Shown here: one piece after another, positions 26,243 to 36,474 of the stretch | How positions within the stretch are numbered: position 1 is the stretch's first letter | How the letters are laid out: each line of letters opens with the position of its first letter | Source: Parcubacteria group bacterium GW2011_GWB1_40_14 | Lineage (GTDB): Bacteria > Patescibacteriota > Minisyncoccia > Terrybacterales > GWB1-40-14 | Assembly (NCBI GenBank): GCA_000996085.1 | Contig: LBYG01000002.1 | Span: 1 to 58,820 of the forward strand | Direction: 5' to 3' | DNA length: 58,820 nt | The notes under the pieces: generated by a model | Told to the model about the DNA's origin: nothing | Database searches by the model: none | Seen by the model: only the letters and a program-made list of their open reading frames with translations | Program-made: the position numbers and the translations under genes

Positions 26243-27202
26243 ATGAATAAGATAAAAGCTATTTTTCCTGTTTTTGTTTTAATGGCATTGTTTGTTTTGA
26301 CCATGGTGGGTGTTTGGACCGCGGCAGGACAAATGTTATCGGGCGACGGAGGAAGAACATTGAATTTATTCGGTTTTGAATTGCCGGTCACTTCTTTTGT
26401 ATCCGTATATACTTTAATTGTAGTTTCAGCTGTATTTTATTCTCTTATCGTGTTAGTTGAGGGTAAACTTATTTTTATAGCGATTGGTTCTTTGGCGGCG
26501 CTAATTCTATCTTTGCCGATTCTTTTTGGTCAGGTGTCGATATATATAATAGCTATTATCCCGTGTTTAGGTTTGTGGATATTTTCTGCGTGGCGCATGA
26601 AAGAAATTATTAAGGATTTGCTGCCGTGGAAACCTTCTTGGGCTTTACATGCCGGGCTACCGCTTTATTTTACAGCTTTAAGTATTATTTTTACGGCTGC
26701 GATATTGGCCTCTCCCTCTGCCGAAAAGTTTTTAAGCGAGCCACTACCCAAAGAGGTGGTATTTTTTGGTTTATCTTATATTGAAAAACCCATTGAAAGG
26801 TTTGCGAATCTTAATATAAATCATACGGTTGACCAAGCTATAGAAATTTCAAGTGAAGGCAAAATTAAAGATCCTCGGCTTTTGGCGCAAGCTCGCGCGG
26901 AACTTAGTAAATCTTTGGGAGCGGTTCTTTCAGGTGAAGAGACCGTTAAAGATGTTATTTTTCAGATAGTAAATCGAGAGATCAATAAAGTAAAAGATCA
27001 GGCGGGGGATCTTTTCTTGATTATTTTTGCAGTAAGCTCATTTTTTATGTTTCAACTTTTGGCTTGGCCTGCAAAAATTATTGCCAATATGGCTACACGA
27101 TTTATGCTATTTACATTTGAGGCCGGCGGAGTAATAGTTGTTGAAGACAGGTCTGCGAGAAAATATTTCGCGCATTGGAAATCTTCTCCGCCAATCATAT
27201 AA
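26243..27202 (+). CDS. Multi-pass membrane hypothetical protein between dnaK and dnaJ
   Basis: 319-aa ORF with about six hydrophobic segments. Confidence 0.75.
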   Translation: MNKIKAIFPVFVLMALFVLTMVGVWTAAGQMLSGDGGRTLNLFGFELPVTSFVSVYTLIVVSAVFYSLIVLVEGKLIFIAIGSLAALILSLPILFGQVSIYIIAIIPCLGLWIFSAWRMKEIIKDLLPWKPSWALHAGLPLYFTALSIIFTAAILASPSAEKFLSEPLPKEVVFFGLSYIEKPIERFANLNINHTVDQAIEISSEGKIKDPRLLAQARAELSKSLGAVLSGEETVKDVIFQIVNREINKVKDQAGDLFLIIFAVSSFFMFQLLAWPAKIIANMATRFMLFTFEAGGVIVVEDRSARKYFAHWKSSPPII

Positions 27203-27223
27203 AAAGATAATTTTGATTTAACT

Positions 27224-28300
27224 ATGGCCAAAGATTATTATAAAATTTTAGGTGTTGCATCCGGCGCCTCATCGGATGAGATTAAGAATGCATATCGTAA
27301 GCTTGCGCACAAATATCATCCCGATAAATCAGGAGGAGATGAGTCTAAGTTTAAGGAAATTAACGAGGCCTATTCTATTCTGAGTGATCCTGAAAAAAAG
27401 AAGCGTTACGATAGTTTCGGTTCAGCTTTTGGTCCGGGTACAGGCGGCGCTGCTTGGGGTCCGGAAGATTTCGGCTATCAAGGAGCCGGCTTTGAAGATT
27501 TGGGAGAAATATTTGAAGAATTTTTTGGATTTGGAAGACCAAAACGTAGAGCCTCACAAGGACGCGGAAAAGATATTATTGTTGATATAGAGCTTTCTTT
27601 AGAAGAAGTTTTTGCCGGACAAAGCAAAGAAGTTGTTATAACTAAGTTTGCAAATTGCGAAAGATGCAGCGGTAAAGGCGCTGAACCCGGGACACCGTTG
27701 TCTACGTGTAAAACTTGCCAGGGCAGGGGCGGATTAGAAAGGATGGAGCAAACATTTTTTGGAACGTTTACACGTTTAACTACGTGCCCAAATTGTCATG
27801 GCAGAGGAGAAATTCCTGAAAAGCCTTGTACCACTTGTCGTGGAGAAGGAAGGATGAAGAGATCCGTAAAAATGGATATTTCTATTCCTCCGGGCGTGGC
27901 AGACGGCGAAACGCTTAAGGTTTCAGGTGCGGGGGAGGCGGGTAAGCAGGGGTCTTCAGCCGGAGATTTGTTTTTGAACATTCACATTAAGCCTCATGTC
28001 GTATTTCAGCGAAAAGGAAATGATTTATGGAATCGTGTCGAAGTTTCTTTTCCACAAGCTGTTATGGGAACAAAATTGGATGTTCCGATGATCGACGGTT
28101 CTATTAAATTAACTGTTCCGGCGGGTACGCCTTCCGGTAAAATTCTTAGAATAAAAGGTAAGGGCATGCCTATCGTGGGCGGACGAGGCAGAACGGTAGT
28201 TTCACGGGGAGATTCGTACGTTACGATCGTTGTTCGAGTGCCGCAAAAAATATCCAAAAAAGGTCAGGAATTACTCGAAGATCTGGAAGAAGAACTATAA
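27224..28300 (+). CDS. dnaJ: Chaperone DnaJ
   Basis: KDYY, HPD motif, four CxxCxGxG repeats. Confidence 0.97.
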   Translation: MAKDYYKILGVASGASSDEIKNAYRKLAHKYHPDKSGGDESKFKEINEAYSILSDPEKKKRYDSFGSAFGPGTGGAAWGPEDFGYQGAGFEDLGEIFEEFFGFGRPKRRASQGRGKDIIVDIELSLEEVFAGQSKEVVITKFANCERCSGKGAEPGTPLSTCKTCQGRGGLERMEQTFFGTFTRLTTCPNCHGRGEIPEKPCTTCRGEGRMKRSVKMDISIPPGVADGETLKVSGAGEAGKQGSSAGDLFLNIHIKPHVVFQRKGNDLWNRVEVSFPQAVMGTKLDVPMIDGSIKLTVPAGTPSGKILRIKGKGMPIVGGRGRTVVSRGDSYVTIVVRVPQKISKKGQELLEDLEEEL

Positions 28301-28413
28301 GCGCTGTCACGGCGCATGAAATTGCGTCGTTCGTCCCAAACGAAAGCAAGCCTTCGCTTGCGGGCTCGCCAGCAATTATAAAATAATTTATTTTAAATCC
28401 TTAAGATTAAATC

Positions 28414-28938
28414 TTGGAAAATATTCCGCAATTTTCTTCTAGTTTAACGCTATCCGGATTAAGCTGGGATATCGCGGCTATATTTTTTGTTGCCATTTTA
28501 ATTTTTCTTTTCGGATTAACTTCAGGAAGAGACCGTCTATTAGCTTTGCTGTTGTCTTTGTATGCAGCTTCTACCATTGCAAGTACCAGCCCTCAAGTAC
28601 TCTCTGTTTTTGTGGAATACGGTATACGCGTTTCATCATTTACTAAACTCGAAGTTTTTATAGTTCTATTTTTATTGTTGAGTTTTTTATTGTCGGGAAA
28701 AATATTTTTGAACATTTTTCAGTTTTCTGCCGAGGGTTTGAAAAGTTTGTGGCAGGTTATAGTATTAAGTTTATTAATAGCAGGGCTTTTCATTAGTTTG
28801 TTTTTGCAGTTTTTACCGTATAATACTCTTGCTATTTCTTCTGGAGTCGCTTATATTTTTAGAGACGGTTTAGCCCCATTTTTATGGGCGGCAGTGCCGG
28901 TTTTGTTTCTGATTTTTTTGCGCGTAGAAGGGGAGTGA
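28414..28938 (+). CDS. Multi-pass membrane hypothetical protein
   Basis: 174-aa hydrophobic ORF with TTG start. Confidence 0.7.
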   Translation: MENIPQFSSSLTLSGLSWDIAAIFFVAILIFLFGLTSGRDRLLALLLSLYAASTIASTSPQVLSVFVEYGIRVSSFTKLEVFIVLFLLLSFLLSGKIFLNIFQFSAEGLKSLWQVIVLSLLIAGLFISLFLQFLPYNTLAISSGVAYIFRDGLAPFLWAAVPVLFLIFLRVEGE

Positions 28939-29154
28939 GTGAATATTTTGGTTTTACTTAACGCTACAGCATTAGGCAAAAAGAGGTTTCGTGCCTACGC
29001 GAATTTGCGAAGCAGGCCGCCCTAAGACGACTAATGCTTCGCTGGGCTCAGCAAAGTCGTCTTAAGGTGCGTTTCCTTTTTCGATAAATTCGCTGGCACT
29101 TAGTTCTTTTTTGCGCTAATGCCTTCGCTAAGTCGTAAAACCAAAATATTCGCT
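28938..29154. ncRNA. 217-nt rod-shaped fold-back (candidate structured RNA or DNA element)
   Basis: 20-bp outer stem AGTGAATATTTTGGTTTTAC/GTAAAACCAAAATATTCGCT plus six nested helices. Confidence 0.5.
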
Positions 29155-29239
29155 TATGGAAATAAAGATGTAATCCCGATCATATATCGGGATACCAAAA
29201 TTTTGATTTTTGAATTTTGCATTTTGACTTTATTATAAT

Positions 29240-29312
29240 GCCCCCATAGCTCAATTGGCAGAGCAGCTCCCTTTTAAGGAGAAGGTTGAAGGTTCGATTC
29301 CTTCTGGGGGCA
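29240..29312 (+). tRNA. tRNA-Lys(UUU), CCA not encoded
   Basis: Cloverleaf GCCCCCA/TGGGGGC, D arm GCTC/GAGC, anticodon loop CTTTTAA, T arm GAAGG-TTCGATT-CCTTC. Confidence 0.95.
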
Positions 29313-29381
29313 CAAAGCTGTGCAGGGTTCTGGAGACCGCGATTCCCGCCTTGCATGAGCGACCGACATGGTCGCAGCAAA

Positions 29382-29425
29382 TAAAAAAAACAACGCGATG
29401 GAATTTTTCTCTCGCGTTGTTTTTT
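29382..29425. terminator. Bidirectional terminator between the tRNA and the recombinase
   Basis: AAAAAACAACGCGA...TCGCGTTGTTTTTT. Confidence 0.65.
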
Positions 29426-29438
29426 GTTGCTTCCGTGA

Positions 29439-30782
29439 CTACCGGCTTCCTTGCCGTTCAAGCGCGATTATTTTGTCCTTGAGAATCAGCCGGCTTCTCA
29501 GATTCGCGAGCAGTTCGCGTTTTTCGGATATCGTTCCCTCGGTGAGAAGATATATTGCATAGGATTTTGCGTCGAATTCTTCGGGCTCGATATGTTCCTT
29601 GTTTTTCCCGAGCGCTATCCTCCTGAACTTGTTATACCGCGTGATCTCTTCTTTGAACTTATGTCTGACGCCAAGCTCGTCTATGTCCAGCGCGTCAAGA
29701 AGCGTTATGATCTGGACAATGATTTCTTCTTCTCTGATGTAGCTTACCTTGCAATATGGATCTTTGGCCTTGGTGCAGGAGTAATACACATAGCGGTGCG
29801 TGTTCCCATTCTTCTGATGCTTGTATTTCTCTCCAGCCGTTATTCCCGAGCCGCAGAGTCCGCAGGAGATGAGCTTCGTGAACGCGAATTCCTTGTTGTT
29901 TTTACGTATCTCGCTGCGGACTACTTGTGCCTGCACTCGGTCGAACAGCTCTTTAGCGATGATGGGTTCATGCCGTCCAGTGTACCAATTGCCGCTTCCG
30001 TCGGGATATTCAAAGACGCCGTAGTAGAACGGCTTCTTGAGGATCATATAGATATTGCTTAGGGAAAGGGATTTGCCGTACTTCGTTTTGAATTTCATCT
30101 CGTATTTGAGCCATTGGTAGATCTTTCTGCCGGACCAGCTTTCATTTGCCACCTTCTCGAACATTTGTTTGACGATCGGGCCCCGTATCGGGTCCACGAT
30201 CACTTCGCATGGCCTGTCCGTGCGTTTTTCGTTCAGATATCCCGTGGGAGCCACGGATGGCCGCAGCCCTTGCTCGCATCTCGTCCGAAGTCCCCGTTTT
30301 ACGTTTTCGCTCTTGTTGTCGTTTTCGAGTTTCGCTGTTGAGCAGAGAATCATCAGCATGAATTTTTCGCTCGGGTTGTTCGTAAATTTCTGGCTGAAGG
30401 TGCGTATCTCGATTAATAGCTTTTGGTCCATGAGATCGACCAGCGATCCCAAGTCTCCGGCGTTGCGCGAGAGGCGGTCAGGCGCCCACGTCAGGATGCC
30501 GTTGAATTTGGCAGAGCGGATATCAGCAAGGAGGGAGTTGAATATTTCCCGCTGGCCGACCGCTTTTGCCGAGTGGCTTTCTTTTCTGATCTCCGCTATC
30601 TCAAGTCCGTCCCGTTCCGCTATCTTGGTCATTTCATTGATCTGGCTGTCTATCGAGAGGATCTGCTGTTCCTCGCTCTCGGTCGACTTCCGGGCGTAGA
30701 GGCAATATTTAACTTTTGCTGGGAGTTGTTCCTTTGTTTGGGTCCTAGCTCCCTTGGACTCCGTAATGGTTGTGTTGTTCAT
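29439..30782 (-). CDS. Large serine recombinase (integrase)
   Basis: YARKS catalytic motif, DRLSRN, recombinase domain, zinc ribbon CGLCG...YYSC...C. Start placed at MNNTT. Confidence 0.92.
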   Translation of the reverse strand: MNNTTITESKGARTQTKEQLPAKVKYCLYARKSTESEEQQILSIDSQINEMTKIAERDGLEIAEIRKESHSAKAVGQREIFNSLLADIRSAKFNGILTWAPDRLSRNAGDLGSLVDLMDQKLLIEIRTFSQKFTNNPSEKFMLMILCSTAKLENDNKSENVKRGLRTRCEQGLRPSVAPTGYLNEKRTDRPCEVIVDPIRGPIVKQMFEKVANESWSGRKIYQWLKYEMKFKTKYGKSLSLSNIYMILKKPFYYGVFEYPDGSGNWYTGRHEPIIAKELFDRVQAQVVRSEIRKNNKEFAFTKLISCGLCGSGITAGEKYKHQKNGNTHRYVYYSCTKAKDPYCKVSYIREEEIIVQIITLLDALDIDELGVRHKFKEEITRYNKFRRIALGKNKEHIEPEEFDAKSYAIYLLTEGTISEKRELLANLRSRLILKDKIIALERQGSR

Positions 30783-30887
30783 ACAACACATTGGATGACG
30801 CAAAGGCTCAAGTGAGTCCAGACCAATAGTAATCTTTACGGGGTTTGTTAAAACGAGTCGGTTCAGTTTGTGATAGAATGAATTTAT

Positions 30888-33800
30888 ATGGCACATAAAA
30901 TATCAATTTCAAATTTAGTTATTAAATTCGGCGCCATCTTTTTTGGCGTGTTTTTGTTTTTACCGTTCACCCACGCTTCTGCTTTTGAAGACGATATATT
31001 TCATGTACCCGGCAGTGTTTCTGGTATCGATACCCATTTTGAAGTTATCGATAGCGCTTATCTCAACCTTGTTCTTGACAGTTCAGAAGAAATTAAAGTT
31101 AGTTTGGATTCAATACCGCAGATGATTTTACTAAATATTGAACCAACCACTACAGCCACTAGCACAAATATTTCATTTTCGGGTTTAGAACCCAACCACA
31201 CCTATTATAAATACCAAGACGACTATCACAACGAAACCATTATACAAACCACCGCTTCGGGCCAATATTCATACACCCAAGACATTTCTACGCCTCACTT
31301 TATCTTCATCCAGCCAACCACTGGCACAAAATTCATTAGTGATAACGCAACAGGAGGCGATTGCGTCACTATTGGTAATTGGAATTCCGCAACAAAAACT
31401 TGCACGCTTACAGGTAATATTAATCAAACCATTCAAATCGACAGCAATGGCATAACCTTAGATGGCGCGGGTTTCACCAACAGCGGTTCAAACAGTTTTG
31501 GCGTGTATATTTATCAGAAATCCGCAATTACGATACAAAACGTTACTATTTCTGGATTTAGTATCGGAATATTCACTAATGATGCCACTAATATCACGAT
31601 AACAGAAAACCAGATTGTATCAGGCAGCCATGGAATAGTCATACAAGATAGCTATGGCGCTGTTATAACGCACAATGCCACTTCCGGGTTTTGCAGCGGA
31701 ATAACAATTGATACTTCAGGCAGTATTATTACAGACAATAACTTTACCTCTTTTGGGGGATGCGCTGGAATGATAATTCTCGGCTTTAATCACAATATTC
31801 AAAACAATATAAGCATAAGCGAAGGGGTGGGTAATGGCGGCTCTTTCAATATCCGCGGAAATACGACTATCAAGAATAACGTGTTTAAAGCGGGCGATGG
31901 CTATGCTGATATGTTTATTGACGCCGGTACCGATGCCGATTGTCGTAACGCCACAATTGAAAACAACAATGGCACAGACAACGCGCCTCTTGTCTTTGTA
32001 AACAGTTTGTCTTCCATCACCAATCAAACCTTTTCAGAGCTCATACTTTGCGACGCGGACGGCTCTCATATAAGCAATGTACAAATAGAATCTTCAGGAC
32101 ACAGAAACGGCATATTTTTACAACATACAGACAATACCACGATAGAAAATACCATTTCGTCTAATAATCTCCATGGTATATTTGTGAACTACTCGCACAA
32201 TAACCGTTTTATTAACAATACGTTTTCAGATAATCTCGATAATGGCATACGCATGCACAATTCAGAAGGCGCCGCTATTAACGGAAATAGTATTGTCGGA
32301 AACACGAAGAACGGCATTTTTTCGCATTCGTCCTCCAGTTTAAATCTTTTAGTGCCTAATGAAATTTATAACAACACTATTACAAATAACGTCGTAGGTA
32401 TAGACTTAACGTCTACGTCAGCAAATATATACAACAATAATCTTGTAAATAACCACACAGGAATTCTAGCGCAATATCATTTAGGGGTCGGCTCATATAC
32501 CGTATATAACAATAATTTTATTCAGAATGCCGTTCAGGCTGTCGTTTTCGGCGGTTCTGCCACCTTTAACCTTAGCCAGCCTACCGGAGGCAATTATTGG
32601 AGCAATTATGATACTCCTGCTGAAGGCTGCAATGACGCAAACAGCGATAACTTTTGCGACGCGCCTTATATTTTCTCCGGAGATCAGGATAATCTTCCCT
32701 GGATTATACAGGATGGTTGGACACAAACTACACCTACGCTTTCTAATTTAAACCAATACAAGTCAGACGGAATAACAACCATACCAGAAGAAGATATAAC
32801 TATAGAAGATATAATAACCTTCAAAGCAACCCTAAATAGTCCTCAGGACCTAAACCTTAAGCTACAAGTAGAACTGCGCCAAATAACCGAATCCTTTACC
32901 GGAACCTTTGACGGAGGAATAATTGAGTCCCCGTTTGTACCTTCAGGACAAGAAGTAGCCATTACACGCTTTGGCCTAGTAGACGCACAATATCACTGGC
33001 GCGCACGCGCAGTTGACACAAACGGCAATATCTCCGACTGGCAAGAGTTTGAAGTAGGAGGGAATGTTGATTTTGAGATTAAAAAAACAATACCAATAGA
33101 CATAGCTGTTATTTTGACTGAACCATCTAATGTGCCTCACGAATCAAGCGAAATAACAGCACAACCCTGTAAATTAATACCTGAAAAAATATACCCGAAT
33201 GGCCATAACATAGATTACTTCCAGGATCTTGCCTTTTGTGTTGAGGATTATCATAGAGAGAACTCTTTTGGAATTGTGGACCTTAATTTTGAGTTTTTTG
33301 ATAATGGTGGAGAGTGGTTTAAATTAACTACACTGCCATCTTCAGCAAAGCAATTGGTATTAGATACAGTGAGTGTAAGCGGCTTAGACTTAAATCAATT
33401 TGACATTGCGGGTATCATATATGCAGGCGACGAATCACTTTTTGGAGCTTTAACATGGACGCCAATTAATCAACCCTTTCAACCAATTGACGACAACCCT
33501 TTTGTTTTTGTTGCCGCAGAAACAAGGTTCACCGGAACGTGGGCTCATGAATTCGGTCATATAATAGGAGAATTAGTTATACCACCTCCAGATAACACCA
33601 TGCTGCCCGATCTATATGAAATGGGAAATGTGGGCAATTGGGATCTTATGGCAAGTGGTTCCCGAAATGAAAATGGGGGCAACCCGCCGCATATGAGCTC
33701 TTACCTTAAAGAGTTTTTGCAATGGATGCGTTACGACATTCACGCAAAATCAGATTTCGGCGAATTTTGGATAAATTCTCTTGATTCAAGCAAATTGGGC

Positions 33801-35705
33801 GATTCTATATTTAGGTATAATCTTAAAGACAACAATTCTCCTTCGACACAGGAGTACTATATTTTAGAGGCAAGGAACAGGAATTTAAAAACTTGGGATA
33901 CTTCATTGCCTAAGGAAAAGGCCTTGATTCTCTATCATATTGATGAGAATAATGAGCCCGAGTATGGTTATAACCAGAAGGGCAAAATTAATAATTCTTT
34001 GCGTGAAGTTACGATACCTACGGTCAATGAATCAGGTCAAGACGGCATTCTTGATCCCGCGACAAATGAATTTTATAGGGACTGGGATAATATGGTTAAG
34101 TTTGCTGCTAAATCGGACGGACTTTCAAATGGCCAATACCGTATTTTAGCAGAAGTTAAACAGCTTAATTCTGCTGAAAATTTCCCTTTTATAAATTTAG
34201 CCGGTGTTATTCTAAAACCAAATTCAATATTTAGAAATAAAATTAGCTTCAACCAGTTGGCCGAGCCTGTTCCGACTAAATATAATAAAGTTATAGCAGA
34301 AATTTTAGCAATAGATGTTTCGCCAACAGAAGTAACGCAATCTGAGTTGGTTCAGGATAATCTTTCCTCTTACCCCATTATTAAAGTTCGGATTCTGGAA
34401 TCGCAGCCGATTGATAATAAAGCTAAAGTTGAAGATCTAGATGGAAAGGAGATATATGTTGTTATATATCCACATACTAAAATTTATGGCGAACTTGATG
34501 TCGGAAAAATAATTGATGCAAATTTGAGATGGGGCGGCGATCCTGATCTGGGGGGATATGTGGGCTTTGATTTGCAAGAGACCTCGATTGTACAAGATCT
34601 GTCGAATGAAAAAGATCATTTTGACCCATCAGATAAAGAGGATGCTGCAAGCGAAGGTCAACAACCTAAAAAGAAAACAACAGCCGTTGTACTGTTTGCG
34701 GCAGCCGTCAGTATCATCATGGCGGGATACCTTCTATTGCGTTATTCGGGCTTAAAGCTTTTTAGTATAGTTTTATTTATACTCATTTCTTTGTCCATTA
34801 ATTATGTATCTGAACCGAATTTAAATAAAAATAATAAGTTTATAGATTTGCAACAAACAACCTCTAATGAATTGAAAGAAGTTCCTGTACCGTTACCTGT
34901 TAAGCCAGACCTCGACCTCCACTTATTCTGCGATGATGGCAGGCATGTAGGTCCGAATTACGAAACGGGGGAATATGACATACAGGTTATGGATGCCATA
35001 GTGTCCGGAGACAACTCAAACTCCCCCGAATGGATATTAATTCCCGAAAATAACGACAACTGCGACTTCAAGGTTTTCGCCCGCGATAACAAAGTTTTTT
35101 TGGAAGAAAATCCTGAATCAGGCGAGGGAATTGAGGACCTTTTAGACAGTTATGATATCTATGCCCGCTTTATAGACCCGGATACGGGTATATTTACATC
35201 ATCCATATTGGAGGAGAACACAATAAACCCCGGTGAAACTTACATTCACCGCATTTCAGGGACTTCAGATATATCAGTATCCGAAGGCGCGCTTGAGGTT
35301 CAAATTAGAATTGAACCCGAAACCCTAAACCTTACACAAAAAGGTCAATTTACCGTTTTCTTAAGCATAGATAATGGTTTCCAGGTTAACATAGAAGATA
35401 TTGATACAAATTCCATTATTTTAGCTGGTGCAAGCGCCAGAAGCGCAATAATAAATAAAGGGAAAAACGAGATTATTCTGAAATTCAATACCCAAGAGCT
35501 TGTCGGTGTTCCCGCTGGTGAAGAAGTCGCTTTAACCATCACGGGCAGATTATTTGATAACACTTCATTTGAAGGGAGTGATGTTATTAGAGTTATCAAG
35601 AAGGATGGGTTCGTTGCAAGTATTCTGAACACTTTCTCTGCCAGGGTAGATCTATTTACGAGTATGTTCGCAAAGATAATCGCTATTTTCATCAATGGTT
35701 ATTAG
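30888..35705 (+). CDS. Large secreted mosaic protein: NosD-like right-handed beta-helix, M6-like metallopeptidase, internal TM pair, C-terminal Ig-like region
   Basis: Signal peptide; Asn-rich parallel beta-helix repeats and GGNYWSNY; AHEFGH...LPDLY...WDLMASG. Confidence 0.8.
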   Translation: MAHKISISNLVIKFGAIFFGVFLFLPFTHASAFEDDIFHVPGSVSGIDTHFEVIDSAYLNLVLDSSEEIKVSLDSIPQMILLNIEPTTTATSTNISFSGLEPNHTYYKYQDDYHNETIIQTTASGQYSYTQDISTPHFIFIQPTTGTKFISDNATGGDCVTIGNWNSATKTCTLTGNINQTIQIDSNGITLDGAGFTNSGSNSFGVYIYQKSAITIQNVTISGFSIGIFTNDATNITITENQIVSGSHGIVIQDSYGAVITHNATSGFCSGITIDTSGSIITDNNFTSFGGCAGMIILGFNHNIQNNISISEGVGNGGSFNIRGNTTIKNNVFKAGDGYADMFIDAGTDADCRNATIENNNGTDNAPLVFVNSLSSITNQTFSELILCDADGSHISNVQIESSGHRNGIFLQHTDNTTIENTISSNNLHGIFVNYSHNNRFINNTFSDNLDNGIRMHNSEGAAINGNSIVGNTKNGIFSHSSSSLNLLVPNEIYNNTITNNVVGIDLTSTSANIYNNNLVNNHTGILAQYHLGVGSYTVYNNNFIQNAVQAVVFGGSATFNLSQPTGGNYWSNYDTPAEGCNDANSDNFCDAPYIFSGDQDNLPWIIQDGWTQTTPTLSNLNQYKSDGITTIPEEDITIEDIITFKATLNSPQDLNLKLQVELRQITESFTGTFDGGIIESPFVPSGQEVAITRFGLVDAQYHWRARAVDTNGNISDWQEFEVGGNVDFEIKKTIPIDIAVILTEPSNVPHESSEITAQPCKLIPEKIYPNGHNIDYFQDLAFCVEDYHRENSFGIVDLNFEFFDNGGEWFKLTTLPSSAKQLVLDTVSVSGLDLNQFDIAGIIYAGDESLFGALTWTPINQPFQPIDDNPFVFVAAETRFTGTWAHEFGHIIGELVIPPPDNTMLPDLYEMGNVGNWDLMASGSRNENGGNPPHMSSYLKEFLQWMRYDIHAKSDFGEFWINSLDSSKLGDSIFRYNLKDNNSPSTQEYYILEARNRNLKTWDTSLPKEKALILYHIDENNEPEYGYNQKGKINNSLREVTIPTVNESGQDGILDPATNEFYRDWDNMVKFAAKSDGLSNGQYRILAEVKQLNSAENFPFINLAGVILKPNSIFRNKISFNQLAEPVPTKYNKVIAEILAIDVSPTEVTQSELVQDNLSSYPIIKVRILESQPIDNKAKVEDLDGKEIYVVIYPHTKIYGELDVGKIIDANLRWGGDPDLGGYVGFDLQETSIVQDLSNEKDHFDPSDKEDAASEGQQPKKKTTAVVLFAAAVSIIMAGYLLLRYSGLKLFSIVLFILISLSINYVSEPNLNKNNKFIDLQQTTSNELKEVPVPLPVKPDLDLHLFCDDGRHVGPNYETGEYDIQVMDAIVSGDNSNSPEWILIPENNDNCDFKVFARDNKVFLEENPESGEGIEDLLDSYDIYARFIDPDTGIFTSSILEENTINPGETYIHRISGTSDISVSEGALEVQIRIEPETLNLTQKGQFTVFLSIDNGFQVNIEDIDTNSIILAGASARSAIINKGKNEIILKFNTQELVGVPAGEEVALTITGRLFDNTSFEGSDVIRVIKKDGFVASILNTFSARVDLFTSMFAKIIAIFINGY

Positions 35706-36474
35706 AAAGAAAACAATTCTCATTATTTTCGTTGGGATTGCCATAGGTGCTGGATATGCTTTTTTCTTTCTACGATCCAGGCAAATCCTCCCCGCCCCAC
35801 CTCATGAAAGGGTTGTTGGTGAAGTGATTCGGACTGAGGAAATACGATGTAATGCTGAGACGTATATTTTTGAAACGGTTTTAACAGAAGACCAGACGGG
35901 CTATTTTAATAATATCTATCGAGGCACTAATTCAGCGGAAGATTTTGCCACGAGCATAAAAGCTCCGCCGATGGGTGGAAATACTTTTTTCATTCTTGCC
36001 GCGCCTCAAGAGAACTGTAACAGAATATATTTGACCGTAGCTCTCTATGAAACAGACGCTCCCCGCAAGGGAATTTTTGCGTGGCACGTCGCTGATGCAA
36101 CGCTACAAGAATTATCAGTGAGCGAAAACTTTCGATCAGATTTAGCTGTTAGCTATCCCCAGGATTTGACCAGTGTAGTTTCTCACGATGGAGAGAAAGT
36201 TCTAGTTGCGCAAGCAAGCGAACCTTATTCTCAAGAAAACTATTGCAATTTGCGCATATTAGCGCTTCTTCATTTACGTGAAGACGAGAAGGAAGTATTA
36301 GTTCAATTGCCGGACGGGGAGACATTGACCGATTTCAATGAGAGTGCTGTTGGGCAGTGTTCGGGCCTTAATCTTGGCTGGATCGACAACTCAACAATTT
36401 ATTATGATGTTTACGATGCAACAGTTACGGGGGTCCGCCCATTTATTGAACGAAGAAAGTTGTCCATTAAATGA
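35695..36474 (+). CDS. Membrane-anchored hypothetical protein (island cargo)
   Basis: 259-aa ORF with N-terminal TM, overlapping the previous stop. Confidence 0.7.
   Translation: MVIRKKTILIIFVGIAIGAGYAFFFLRSRQILPAPPHERVVGEVIRTEEIRCNAETYIFETVLTEDQTGYFNNIYRGTNSAEDFATSIKAPPMGGNTFFILAAPQENCNRIYLTVALYETDAPRKGIFAWHVADATLQELSVSENFRSDLAVSYPQDLTSVVSHDGEKVLVAQASEPYSQENYCNLRILALLHLREDEKEVLVQLPDGETLTDFNESAVGQCSGLNLGWIDNSTIYYDVYDATVTGVRPFIERRKLSIK

Noticed and set aside
29451..30815. Several long + strand ORFs over the recombinase gene
   Set aside because: Antisense shadows of a GC-rich gene with no recognisable motifs
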